From Folioceros fuciformis (lineage: Eukaryota): DNA of 59,977 bases. Below the pieces are notes generated by a model. It was not told the DNA's origin and made no database searches. It saw only the letters and a list, made by a program, of their open reading frames with translations. The stretch covers positions 388,444 through 448,420 of the forward strand of contig JBNGIO010006285.1 of NCBI GenBank assembly GCA_049999805.1, given 5' to 3'. Position 1 is the first letter of the stretch. Each line of letters begins with the position of its first letter. Below are positions 24,892 to 36,512 of this stretch, in pieces. The position numbers and the translations under genes were made by a program.

Positions 24892-25474
24892 TGTGAACAA
24901 TAAATAAAATGTAAACCGTAGGGCCGAGGTCCAAGGACATCACTTGTTTCAGGCGTTTCATTATTTTATAATTTTAAATTATTTATCTGATAATTCCATC
25001 ATTCACGATCGTATCTGGTTTTAAAATTTTACATGCGGGGATAAATCCAGGGCGGCCCGATGTGTGTCGTGTTGCTCGGAAGATGGGCAAAGGTAACGTT
25101 GTGTGACTATCATTTTCTGTTTGCTCATGCGGTTTCAGTTGGGATCGACGATCTTGACCTGGTGAGGGTTAGAATGAGAATCCAGAAGTTCATCACTTGT
25201 GCGTGGTACATGCTTGAATTCGTTGAACACATAGTAATACTCTGAGGGGAATCTGTGTGCTTGCGAGGAGGCGAAGAGAACCGCGACTTCCCCGTCGACT
25301 GTGTTGAGAACTTGAGCTGAGGAACTGGCTCAGTACATGAGATGCCTGGTCCACGGCTGGGGTTCGAGATTCAGGGATCTTGGTCAATGGCAGCCACGCA
25401 TGGGTTTCGCCAGTTGTGGAAGATGACCACCTGGCCAACCGGAGCTAAGTTTTGGGTGCAGGGGAGGTTCAATT

Positions 25475-28400
25475 ATGCCTCTGCGAATAATGGTTGCCTG
25501 CAATATGGCACGCCATTCACGCAGAGGGGGGCATGGGTTCCTGTGGCGACACCCTTCATGGAGCGGTGAAACACGAATTGGTGGTGTCACGGGTGGAAGT
25601 TCTGTTGGCTTGACTGCCGGAGGAAGCATGGTTGAGAAGACAGCTTGGGTGAATGTGCACGCGGGTCGTGAGGCCTGCCCGGCTGTAGAAAATGGGAGGG
25701 GTGTGTCGGCTCACACCGTCAGTGAACTGTGTCAGCAGGGGCAGGTCGCAAAGGCTGTTGAGGCTCTGGGAGTTCTGGTGCAGATGAACTGGGTTGCTTC
25801 TCAATCTCTTCTCTATGCTGTCCTCAAAGGTTGTGCAGCGACGAAGGATCTCGTTATGGGTCGCCGGGTTCATGGTCTTATCGTTGAAAATGGACATGAG
25901 TTGGATACGTTTCTGTGCAACCACGTTCTGCGGATGTATGCTTCTCATGGCAGGTTGCAGGAAGCAATGGATGTGTTCACCGTGGTTGCCCAGCCAAATG
26001 CATTCATGTGGTCTTCCATGATTTCCGCCCATATTCAGCACGGACAGGCTAAGCACGCTGTAGAACTATATCACCAGATGCGCAGGTCGAGTGTGGAGCC
26101 CGATGGGCATGTCTTCTTAGCAGCCTTGCAGGCTTGCGGAAGGGCGGGAGACTTAGAAACTGGACAGCAGGTGCATGCTGATGTGCTGGCGAGTGGGGTT
26201 GAGCCTAAGCTGTTTGTTCTCAACTCCTTAGTGGACATGTATGCAAAGTGTGACAGCTTGCAAGGCGCTCGAAGAGTGTTTGACGGGCTCCTTGAAAAGG
26301 ATGCGGTAACCTGGAATGCTATGATAGCAGGATATTCTCAGCAGGGCATGAGTCAAGAGGCTCTTCGTCTGTACGATGCCATGCTGGAAGAAGGCATCAC
26401 TGGGCCCAATTCTGTTACGTTCGTGTCCCTTCTGCAGGCTTGTGCAAATCTGGGCAGCGCAGCTTTGGAGACTGGGAAGCAGCTTCACACACACATGGTA
26501 CAACGAGGAATCCATGTCACTGGGACCCTAGCCAACAGCTTGGTAAACATGTATGCAAAGTGTGGATCCCTTGCAGATGCTCAGGCCGTGTTCGAAGCAC
26601 AAGTTGCGAAAGACGTGGTGACATGGACCTCTCTTATTGCAGGGTATTCCCAGCAGGGCAAGGCCCTGGAGGCCCTTGAGCTGTACCGTAGGATGCAGGA
26701 AGAAGGTTCTGCCGCGCCCAACTCTGTGACTTTTGTGTGCCTCCTCCAGGCATGTGCAACTGCTGATCCCCCGGCTTTGGAGAAGGGAAAGCAGCTTCAT
26801 GCACAGATTGGAGAACGAGGTCTGGATACTGATGAGATCGTAATCAACGGTCTAGTAAACATGTATGCAAAATGTGGCAGCCTGGAGGATGCTCAGCTAA
26901 TGTTTTATGGCCTTCGTCCAAGCAATGTCGTCACCTGGACCGCTTTGATAGCAGCGTATGCAAGGCAGGGCATGGGTCAGGAAGCCCTTCGTCTTTTCAG
27001 TGCTATGCAAGAACAAGGCATTGCAGAACCTGATTCTGTGACATTTGTTGGCCTTTTGCAGGCATGTGCAAATGTTGGTGCCGCGGCTTTGAACACTGGA
27101 AAGCAGATCCATGCTCAGATTGGAGAAAGAGGACTTCAGGTTGATGGGGTTGTAGCTAGCAGCCTGATAAGTATGTATGCCAAATGTGGCAGCCTAGAGG
27201 ATGCCCAGACTGTGTTTGATGCACTCTGTGAAAAGGATGTGGTGACATGGAATGCTATGATCGCAGGATATTCTCAGCAGGGCATGGGTGAGGAGGCCTT
27301 TCATCTCTATTGCACTATGCAAGAGGAGGCCATCAGTGCACCCAATTCCGTGACATTTGTGTGCCTCTTGCAGGCGTGTGCAAGTCTGAGAACGCAAGTG
27401 TTGGAAAGGGGAAAACAGCTTCATTCACAGATTGGAGAACGAGGACTTGAGGCTGACGTGGTTGTGGCCAACAGTTTGGTGCACATGTATGCAAAGTGTG
27501 GCAGCCTACGGGATGCGCAGTGCATGTTTGACAGACTCCTTGAAAAGGATGTCGTGACGTGGAATATCATGATAGCAGGATACTCTCAGCAGGGTATGGG
27601 TCAGGAAGCTCTCCAACTATACAGTGTTATGCAGGAAGAGGGCATTGTTTCACCGAATTCAGGGACTTTTGTTTGCCTCCTGCAAGCATGTGCAAGTCTG
27701 GGTCCCCTGGCATTGGAGAAAGGAAGGGAGCTTCATGAACAGATCAGGGCTCAAGGACTGCAGATTGATTTGGTTGTGGGTAGCAGCCTAGTAGACATGT
27801 ATGCAAAGTGTGGCAACCTTCAAGAAGCTCATACTTTGTTTCACAAACTCGATCAGAAAAACCTGGTGACTTGGACTGCTCTGATAGCAGGTTATTCCCA
27901 GCAGGGCATGGGTCAGGAAGCTCTTCGTCTTTACGCAGCTATGCAAGAAGAAGGCATCACTGCACCCGATTCTGTCATGTTTGCAAGTCTTCTCCACGCA
28001 TGTGCAGATGTGGCAGCTTTGCATCAAGGAAGGCAGCTTGATGCAGAGATCAGAGAGCAAGGACTTGAAGCTGACGGGTTTGTGGCCATCAGCTTGATGA
28101 ACATGTATGCCAAGTCTGGAAGTTTGGTGGACGCACAACAGGTGTTTGATGCATTACCCAAAAGAGATGTTGTCTCTTGGAATACGCTGATTGCCGGTTA
28201 CGCTTGTCAAGGAGACAGTGATGCGGTGTTTGATATGGTTGACAGAATGAAAGCGGAAGGAGTACAGCCAGACAGCGTCACATTCATCAGTATATTATCA
28301 GTATGCAGCCACGTGGGACTGGTGCACAAGGGTCGAGAGTATTTTTTGGCTATGAGCGACTTCGGCATCACCCCTACCACGGAGCACTACACGTGCATGG

Positions 28401-28846
28401 TGGATCTCTTGGGCCGTGTAGGCCGACTTGACGAGGCATTAGTTGTGGCAAGGACCATGCCTGGACGTCCTGATACTGCAGTTTGGCACACTCTGTTAGG
28501 TGCTTGTCGAAAGTGGGGGAACGTGGAGGTGGGACTCCATGCGTTCGAAGAAGCAGTAAAGCTCGATGAAACGGATGTGGCAGCATGTGTATCAATGGCC
28601 AACATATATGCCGATGCCCAAATGTGGGAGCAGGCCAGGACGATGCAGGCGAGAAGGGTAGGGATTGGGACATGGAAGCAGCCAGGCAGGAGCTGGTGGA
28701 CAGACGAGGCCGGGCTGGTGCATAGTTTTGTGGCTGGGGATTCAAACCATCCCGACAGTAATGGCATATATGTAAAGTTGGACCAGCTTCTTTCTGAAAC
28801 GAAGAAGATGGGATGTCTTTCGTGGTCGGAAGATCTATCTAACTAG
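25475..28846 (+). CDS. PLS-class PPR protein with E1-E2-E+ end and no DYW domain (organellar RNA-editing factor); start codon uncertain
   Basis: Single exon; P-L-S triplets (VVTWNAMIAGYSQQG / PNSVTFVCLLQAC / SLVNMYAKCGSL), P2-L2-S2, E1 WHTLLGACRKWGN, PG box KQPGRSWW. Confidence 0.95.
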   Translation: MPLRIMVACNMARHSRRGGHGFLWRHPSWSGETRIGGVTGGSSVGLTAGGSMVEKTAWVNVHAGREACPAVENGRGVSAHTVSELCQQGQVAKAVEALGVLVQMNWVASQSLLYAVLKGCAATKDLVMGRRVHGLIVENGHELDTFLCNHVLRMYASHGRLQEAMDVFTVVAQPNAFMWSSMISAHIQHGQAKHAVELYHQMRRSSVEPDGHVFLAALQACGRAGDLETGQQVHADVLASGVEPKLFVLNSLVDMYAKCDSLQGARRVFDGLLEKDAVTWNAMIAGYSQQGMSQEALRLYDAMLEEGITGPNSVTFVSLLQACANLGSAALETGKQLHTHMVQRGIHVTGTLANSLVNMYAKCGSLADAQAVFEAQVAKDVVTWTSLIAGYSQQGKALEALELYRRMQEEGSAAPNSVTFVCLLQACATADPPALEKGKQLHAQIGERGLDTDEIVINGLVNMYAKCGSLEDAQLMFYGLRPSNVVTWTALIAAYARQGMGQEALRLFSAMQEQGIAEPDSVTFVGLLQACANVGAAALNTGKQIHAQIGERGLQVDGVVASSLISMYAKCGSLEDAQTVFDALCEKDVVTWNAMIAGYSQQGMGEEAFHLYCTMQEEAISAPNSVTFVCLLQACASLRTQVLERGKQLHSQIGERGLEADVVVANSLVHMYAKCGSLRDAQCMFDRLLEKDVVTWNIMIAGYSQQGMGQEALQLYSVMQEEGIVSPNSGTFVCLLQACASLGPLALEKGRELHEQIRAQGLQIDLVVGSSLVDMYAKCGNLQEAHTLFHKLDQKNLVTWTALIAGYSQQGMGQEALRLYAAMQEEGITAPDSVMFASLLHACADVAALHQGRQLDAEIREQGLEADGFVAISLMNMYAKSGSLVDAQQVFDALPKRDVVSWNTLIAGYACQGDSDAVFDMVDRMKAEGVQPDSVTFISILSVCSHVGLVHKGREYFLAMSDFGITPTTEHYTCMVDLLGRVGRLDEALVVARTMPGRPDTAVWHTLLGACRKWGNVEVGLHAFEEAVKLDETDVAACVSMANIYADAQMWEQARTMQARRVGIGTWKQPGRSWWTDEAGLVHSFVAGDSNHPDSNGIYVKLDQLLSETKKMGCLSWSEDLSN

Positions 28847-30381
28847 TGTAATCCTCTCGACGTATGTGGGCAGACTCGGGATACAGATATTGATAAACCC
28901 CACTTTGCTAACCACTGCTGTCATGGTCGGGGCATGTCACTCCAGGTGGAGAGCTAAGACTCTGCTCTTTGCATTCTTGCTGCTTGCAATCTGCGAGGCG
29001 CAATTGATCGGGGTTCATCTTTCCTAATTTGTTTAGGGCTTCAGTGCAGGAAGGGGACTACTGTCAACGAGTTACGAAGCCCTGAACGAGGTACGAAAGA
29101 TAAACCCTGATCAACTGCTCCCCGTGTGAAGAATGCAGACCATCAGCAGCACCCAAGTTGGCTCTCCGCCTACCACCTGGATTGACATGCCCTTACCACA
29201 CAGCTGGCCCATGGTTACGGCAGTCATGCCCCTCCAGTCACCTGGAGAACGTATCCCAAGCACGAGCTCTGTACCCCAGTCCGATGCATGGGTACACCTA
29301 GAAACCTTGCTTTATCTGCGAGAGATGGAAGTGTATGCAGAAAATTCATACACACTCTCCACGCAGGCCGTTGTTTCATTGTTCTTTCCTGGACGTATTA
29401 TTTTTGGGGCAACAGATCTGTAGAGTGGACGCGGACCGAATCCTTCTGCAAGCAGGTTTCTTCTTGGACGAGTCTAGAGAGGAGGCACGACGTGACGCGA
29501 TCGATGGTGATTACCTGAACTTCGAAAGGACAGCAAACTCCGACTCTGATCTTATCAAGGTGTCTTTCCTCTGGTAAGTTCTACAGCCTGCGCACAACCA
29601 TATATATGTATACAATATTCTCTTCAAATACACTTGTCGTACAATGTGTGTATACCGCTGAAATGGCAAGTCCCTTGTATGTCCAGGAACCAAGGAGGGA
29701 CACATGTTGGCTGCAGAAGCAACCAGCAGCACGACATACACTAGAATCACCAGGATCCAGGATTTGGAGACGGAAGACCAGTACTGTCTGCAAGACTAAG
29801 GATGTATTTTTCAACTTGATGCCATTGGCTGTTGTTCTCCACGTGAACATGATTAATAGTAGAATTAGCCACCCTGAAGTGTAAGTCTACAGTTGTGTAG
29901 TGGACATCTGTCTTGCCCGTCCTGTCTTCACTCCAGGCGGGCAGAGGGCTCCTTTTATTTTGAGACGTCCAACTCCAAGTGAGCCTGTGAAAAGGCTTTG
30001 TACCCTTTTTGGGAAAAAAACGTTACTCAAAGGATTGCATTCACTCAGGATTCAATCCAAAAACCTAGATATGACAACAACCAGCCGTACGAAGCTCGTC
30101 ACCAACGCAGATGCCCTGGAATCGATACAACAAGCCTGCAAGCAGGGGGGGGGCCTTACACTATAGTTGACTGGGATCCCCAGGTTCAGGGCCTCTGTTG
30201 CAGCCAAAATGACCAGTTCATACTGGACACCTTCAGTATCCTCAACCGCTCCCGTCTCTAAGGTATGACCAACAATGAACCTGCTGAGCGAGCCTGCTTG
30301 TCCAAAGAGATCTCAAGAGAGAAAGGCCAGGAGTACCCCCAAGATGCAGTCCAAGACCAAGACTTTGCCATCAGCAACATG

Positions 30382-31746
30382 CTACACATCGATGTACTCA
30401 ACAAAGTAGTCACCAAATTGTTTCTTGGTGGGAAGAAACTCGCTAGACCTCAAGTACTCTGCGACGCCAGCCAAAGGAGATATCCTTGAACTCACAGCAA
30501 CCATGGACCGGACGGCGAGCTGTAGCGATCTCAGCTCATTTGATAACTCGGATGCCAGGGCAAACCTAGTGTAATGCACGTCAAGCAAGATACTTGCCCA
30601 CTGCAATATCTGAGCAAAACTCGGTATTCTACACAACTTGGTACCATTTGGAGATGGCATATGCGCTAGGCGCCCTTGATACTTATCCACCCACTTAGAG
30701 ATATACCTCAAGATACTCATAACTTCAGCCGTGTTGAGCATTCCAATGACAGAGGCCAACACGGCCTCGTCTTGCTCGGAAGCGAAGAACTCGTGAAGGC
30801 ACAGCTCTGCAGCGCAAAACCCATCCACAGCCATTGCCAAAGATACGGCAGAAGAAAGTGCTACAGAATCCCTTTTGCTCACAGAAACAGCTGTAAGAGG
30901 CTCCTCCTTTCTACCCTGAGACCCCGACTCCTTGCCCACCTGGTTCTGTTTCTTAGCAGCAAATGCAATGGCACTTTCTGCTGCGTCACGCCACTGCCTC
31001 CCAACTTTCTGGAAAGCACTCCCGGATCTCCCCTCCAAAACATATTGTAACATCGCGAGCACATGGTGGGGCCGCAGGTCTAGCACATGCCTTACACACA
31101 GGCACATCAACGATGCATTCCCCACTTCCACGAGGCATTGAACCAACTCATCACAAAGGCGGCCAGAAATCACGTTACTCTCCAACAACACCTGAATGGG
31201 GCCCCAGTATCTCAGCGCCACGCAACTCCGCATGACGAGCTCCACAACCGTAGTCCCTAACCGAGCTGAGCTTCTCCGCATCAAACTCAGAACTCGTGCT
31301 TCGTCCTCCTCCAACGACCTCCCCGACTGGACCGTGCCATCCTGTTTCCCCTCCTCTTCCCTGTCATTAGATACCACAGGCTCCAGAAAAGTCCTCAACG
31401 CTACCATCAATCTTACTGCCGTGAGCCCATTACCCTGCTTCAGAAGACCAGCCCTCAACTCGGACACGAGCGCCTCCTCCTTCTCCTGCCTCAGCCTCTC
31501 GGCCTCCCCCACCTTTCCCACATCACGCCACAGAACCAGGTCATCCCCGTCTGCCTTCGCGGCCCCGTCGTCCCTCTCAAGAGCTCGAGTAAACCACGAA
31601 GGGTTCGGAGAAAAAGACTGCACTGGAGCCTGGCACTCCTCTCCAAACCCGCCATTACGCCCCTTCACAGCTCTCCGCACGACATCAAGCAGGCTGGCAG
31701 GTTCGCTGCCTGCCACGGCCTCCACGACGGCCAACTCCGCGCTCAT
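30382..31746 (-). CDS. Intronless 454-aa protein with a NOL11/Utp8-like C-terminal region
   Basis: Long ORF; ILRYISKW, IPSFAQILQWASILLDVHYTRFAL and terminal GDYFVEYIDV resemble the NOL11-type C-terminus; telo-box 55 bp upstream. Confidence 0.6.
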   Translation of the reverse strand: MSAELAVVEAVAGSEPASLLDVVRRAVKGRNGGFGEECQAPVQSFSPNPSWFTRALERDDGAAKADGDDLVLWRDVGKVGEAERLRQEKEEALVSELRAGLLKQGNGLTAVRLMVALRTFLEPVVSNDREEEGKQDGTVQSGRSLEEDEARVLSLMRRSSARLGTTVVELVMRSCVALRYWGPIQVLLESNVISGRLCDELVQCLVEVGNASLMCLCVRHVLDLRPHHVLAMLQYVLEGRSGSAFQKVGRQWRDAAESAIAFAAKKQNQVGKESGSQGRKEEPLTAVSVSKRDSVALSSAVSLAMAVDGFCAAELCLHEFFASEQDEAVLASVIGMLNTAEVMSILRYISKWVDKYQGRLAHMPSPNGTKLCRIPSFAQILQWASILLDVHYTRFALASELSNELRSLQLAVRSMVAVSSRISPLAGVAEYLRSSEFLPTKKQFGDYFVEYIDV

Positions 31747-32108
31747 CTCTAACCCTGAGCTGCGCCACGACCAAGCTGCACAAAGCAGCAGCGATGGCTC
31801 AAACCCTAAACCCGGGGTTTAAGGCCTAACTCGAGCAGTTTACTGCCTTCTCCGCCTTGGTACAACCGTTCTCCCTGGATCCTACGCTGCTGCTCCTCCT
31901 GCTGCTGGTTACGCATGTGCTCCACAAAATTCGCTATATCGCAGCACTAGCGAGAGGCATTCGGAGCCGATTCGCAGGAGGCGCCTGGTCTTGCGGGAGC
32001 CTGCAGCCGGAGTGAGCAATGAGCTTATGGCTGTGAAGGACCATCTCAAGTCGGACTACCTCATCTTCTACAAATTGTGCACAGCGCAGACAGAATAAGC
32101 CACCAGCC

Positions 32109-32753
32109 ATGGCCGAAACCAACCACAGGAAACACGAAAGGTATCCAGGGATGGGAGACGGTTCTCTGTGCTTCGGGAGGCGCATTTACAGCCCGGGCTT
32201 CGGCCGGTTCAAGGACTCCAACGGAGCGCGCTTTCCGCCAGAGCCTCCTCCCCCGGCTCAGATGCGGTCAGAGCCCCTACCCAGGCACACCAGGGATTAC
32301 CGCCACAAGTACCAACAGCCCAGCGTGCCTTGGAAGATGAAGGATCCTAACGCCGGACACGTTAAGTACACTTACGGCATCAAGATGTCCCCGATCAGCA
32401 GACACTTGAACGGGGCTGTCCCTGCACACTCCTACTCTCCGTCGCTCAGGGATGCGCCATCGCCCGCTTTCCGTCGCAAAAGTTCTGACATCACATGCAC
32501 GGATTTGATCGACAACCCGAACAAGGAGTACAGGCCGTGCGTGGACCCCAAAGGCTGGTATGGGAGGACTGCAACTGATACCACTGCACGAGAACGAGCT
32601 GTTCTCAAGCCCTTCGATCCCAAGGAGGCGCCGCCTAGGCACGGTAGAATGACCACTTGGATCACCGACTACAACTTCCTTGACTTGGAGAAGGATAGGT
32701 TAGAGAGGCAAAAGAGCCTGCCATCCATCCCCGCGACCAAGCTGTTCTACTGA
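32109..32753 (+). CDS. Hypothetical basic, Pro/Arg-rich 214-aa protein
   Basis: Good ATG context (gccATGG), many C/G-ending codons, GC-rich relative to the downstream flank; no family recognised. Confidence 0.6.
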   Translation: MAETNHRKHERYPGMGDGSLCFGRRIYSPGFGRFKDSNGARFPPEPPPPAQMRSEPLPRHTRDYRHKYQQPSVPWKMKDPNAGHVKYTYGIKMSPISRHLNGAVPAHSYSPSLRDAPSPAFRRKSSDITCTDLIDNPNKEYRPCVDPKGWYGRTATDTTARERAVLKPFDPKEAPPRHGRMTTWITDYNFLDLEKDRLERQKSLPSIPATKLFY

Positions 32754-34062
32754 CGGCACCAGAGGACGGACTTTCTCTCTGCAGCAACAGGTTTCTTCTC
32801 TGGACACTTCCTTTTTCTTCTGGGGCGCTAACTCTGCGTCGACCATTTTGCAAGAGGGGACTGGTGTACGGCCTGCTGGGTCTGATCGCTGATAACATCT
32901 TGAAGAAGACATACACATCAAAGGAGCCCACAAGCACACCATAACAGGACTAAAGGGAGATAGAAAAGAACGTAGCAAAGAATGGGCTAAGAGGTAATTT
33001 TGTCGCCCGCACCCATCGCCCCGCCAAACATGTAGGTCGAGTTGTACTGCTACGTCCAGCATACATACATATATATAGTTTATATAGGTAGAAAATAGAA
33101 ATTGGTAGGAAAAGAAAAAGCCTTCATCCATAAAGCTATGTGTGTACTTTATATTGTCTAGCTAGGTATTGAATATAATATATTACTAAATATTTTTAAT
33201 AGATTCTTATGTCTACATTTATAGTTTAGTCCTATCTTATTTTAAAAAGTCACAAAAACTCAAGTTTGAATGTTTATGTATTTATTTGTGTGAAAGGAAT
33301 TAATAATCTTAGACAATTCTAGTTGGTTCATGTTACAAAGCAATGCAATAGTCATCTTTTTTTAAGAAATTATATATCGACGTATGTCATTAACTACAAG
33401 ATGATTGTGATGTATTTGTAAAATGGTTGTTTTCTATTATTGAAAAGTCTCATCTACTCCAAAAATAAGGAGGAATAACACGAGTAGGGCCAAAGGGGGT
33501 ACTAGCCCCCTTCAAACATCATTCTCAATACTAGCTATTGCTCTAAAAATGTCACTATGCAAAATAACAAAGGGCCTACCTACTCTCGGTGTCGAAGAAG
33601 TCACCTAACCTACACTTGTTGTTTTAAAGATCCCATTGGCTAATGCTCTTTGCAAAGTAATGGATATACATTGTCGAAAGTAGCCATTAGTGAGGAAAGA
33701 GGAAGAACCTCATTTCTATGACTATGATACACCTTTGCACACTCTAGGATGAACCTTAATAAGTCCTTGCCCATGGCACTTGCATGGGCCTTAAGAGCAA
33801 TAGAGATGAAAACATGAATCTTGCACGGGCAAATTCTTATGAACTTTAACACTTGCACAATTCTCCATGGCTCATCCAGAAGGGGTTGACGACAACGCCC
33901 TCACAAATCAAGTTCATAGTGGGATTTGTGGCAACCACATCAGCAACACAAACCTATTTCCCCTTAGTGGAAAAAAGGTTAGTGCTAAGTGAAACATGTT
34001 GCACAAAGTATATGCATGCTCTTTGTATGAAAGAAACCCACATTCCCTAGCCATTGTGAACA

Positions 34063-34226
34063 TGACATCCTCGACTACATCATAGGTGGCAATTCAATGC
34101 ATGACATCCCAACTACATCATAGGTGGCAATTTGATGCATGACATCCCCGACTANNNNNNNNNNCTACATCATAGGTGGCAATTTGATGCATGACATCCC
34201 CGACTACATCATAGGTGGCAATTCCA
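34063..34226. repeat. 38-39-bp tandem repeat spanning assembly gap 34155-34164
   Basis: tgacatccccgactacatcataggtggcaatttgatgca in at least 4 copies. Confidence 0.9.
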
Positions 34227-34384
34227 TGCCCCCGATGGGATAACATGTTAGACAATCCATAGATACATTGTTTTGTGTTCTAGGTAGGATTGCTCCTCTA
34301 CCCTATAGATTAGGAGTTATAAGGAGTGCTAGCATCTACGTCAACAATGCTGGATTTATGATTGGGTGTGGCAAGGTAACATAT

Positions 34385-34689
34385 AAAAAGGTATAGGAAC
34401 CCTAAAATAAAAATAAAAATAAAAATTATATAAAACCTAAAAATAACCATGTGAAAAAATGAAACGTTGCAAAGAATACCTTGGAAAAACTAAACACTGG
34501 AATCAATAAGTAACAAAGTTCCATTAATTAAAAAAATGTAGGAAATCAAAACATAACTAGTTCTACTCATTATAATGATAGAAAATCAAAACATAGCTAC
34601 TAGTGCTACTCATTGTAAGCTGGAGCCCTAAAATTCCCTCCACTCCATGCCATTATGCCCTTAAACCCAGCTCCACCATACCCTAAACC
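34385..34689 (+). repeat. Dispersed AT-rich direct repeat, copy 1 (about 290 bp)
   Basis: Matches 36222-36512 (aatcaataagtaacaaagttccattaatt ... cagctccaccataccctaaacc). Confidence 0.88.
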
Positions 34690-35096
34690 TCAATTACTTC
34701 ACCACCTTTGACTCAGAAGCAAAGGTTTGCCCAAGACCCCATCCAGGCCAAAAGGTGTTGTTTGCTATGTAACTGTGAAATTAGCAACAAGGAATATCAT
34801 TTGCAACCACCTACTCACCTCCCTTCATATCCCCTAAGCATACTCACAATGGAAAAACATGTGTTGGATTTTGTTGGGGGCACCCGGGTGGCCTTGCATA
34901 AGTGACACAAAGTCCTCCCCCACAGCTGCTAACAATCCATCCCAATTATTTGCGTTAAGCAAGCCAACTTCAAAGAAATATCATATCGTCATCCTAACCT
35001 TAGGGGGGGATACCAAGAGGCATCCATAAAAGCGTAATAGCCTCTCTATGCCATCACAAGGACAACATTAGCTTGGGAGCAGCGAGTAGACTTTCT

Positions 35097-35199
35097 ATGC
35101 CCCAATCAACGAAAGATACATATATGCCCCAATCAACGAAAGNNNNNNNNNNACGAAAGATACATATATGCCCCAATCAACGAAAGATACATATATGCC
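35097..35199. repeat. 27-bp tandem repeat spanning assembly gap 35143-35152
   Basis: atgccccaatcaacgaaagatacatat. Confidence 0.9.
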
Positions 35200-36221
35200 G
35201 TTAGGAAGTTAAGGAGTGACCAATGACATGTCTACTTGCTCCCTAGACAACGTGGCCATTTGAATAGGTCTGGTCTCAAGGCCAACTCCCAATTCTGTAT
35301 AAGATCAAACCGTAAAATTTGGGTTCTCAAATGCTTGCAACATGCTACAACACTGATCTTGGGTGTGCCATTGACTTGCTCTGAAGGATCTAAATAGGAC
35401 CATAAGTGGGCGTAGCTCTCCGCATCAGATCCCCCCTTCCTCCCTACCCTGCCTCTGAAGCACTTCTTGGGACGAAATCACCTTGTAAGACCAAAAGCTC
35501 TTATCCCTGCTTGGGATGATGCAAAAATCATTCTATCTAATTCTAGATCAACCCCATGGCCATCCAAATTTGAGTCCCTTGCCTTACTGCCCATAGCAAG
35601 TGCTTCCCACATATCATAGGTTAAAACCATTCGTAAGGTCAATACATGTTTCATTGTAACATCCTAACCCTCTTGGAGCTAAGAAAGAGTAAGTCTAATA
35701 TGCCAAGATAAAATGTCAAACTCCCTCTTCACCTCTTCCACTGGTGGAAGAGATGTGGATAGAGGTACCTCTATCCAGCTGGAAAGAGGATACACAAGCT
35801 TGCATTATCGACATGAAACATAAAAAATATTTGCTTGTTATGATTCTTGAAACACTTTTTAATGTATAACAAGTGTAACAAGTTGGTTTTGCTTGACCTT
35901 CACTTCCAAAAAGTATGACAAAGGAGTATAACAAACACTATATTTTGTAGTAGTTAGGGGATATATTGGAAGCACTTAAAGAAGTAAGTTGCACTTGTGC
36001 TACCAATTAGTCTTGTTAATATCTTTATGCTTGTGACCAATGTAGGATATTAGCTCTTTAATCTTGGAACAAAGTTAAAAACACACTAGGCAAGGAGTGT
36101 TCTTGACAAGAACAGGTTAGGTGTCATGTGCCATGCCTCAAAGAAAACAATCTTATGCACAAAAAACTTATTCCCATAGAAAAAATTATATCCAATGAAG
36201 AAGAAATCTATAGAAAGTCAT

Positions 36222-36512
36222 ATAACAAGGTATAGCGACCCTGCAAATTAAATTTATATAAAACCTAAAAATAACCATGTAAAAAAATAAAATGTTGCAA
36301 TAAATATCTTAGAAAAAGTAAATATTGGAATCAATAAGTAACAAAGTTCCATTAATTAAAAAAATATAAGAAATCAAAACATAACTAGTACTATTCGCTA
36401 TTATGATAGAAAATCAAAACATAGCTACTACTACTTAGTAAGTAGGAGCCCTAAAATTCCCTCCATTCCATGCTATTATGCCCTTGGACCCAGCTCCACC
36501 ATACCCTAAACC
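36222..36512 (+). repeat. Dispersed AT-rich direct repeat, copy 2
   Basis: Matches 34385-34689. Confidence 0.88.

Noticed and set aside
23640-25100. Larger endogenous giant-virus insertion around the TBP-like gene
   Set aside because: Flanked within 92 bp and about 760 bp by ordinary plant genes, and no other virus-like ORFs are present; only a single-gene origin question remains.
28847-29040. Separated or frameshifted DYW domain downstream of the PPR gene
   Set aside because: No HSE/HAE, CxDCH or terminal DYW-like motif seen; the same holds downstream of the second PPR.
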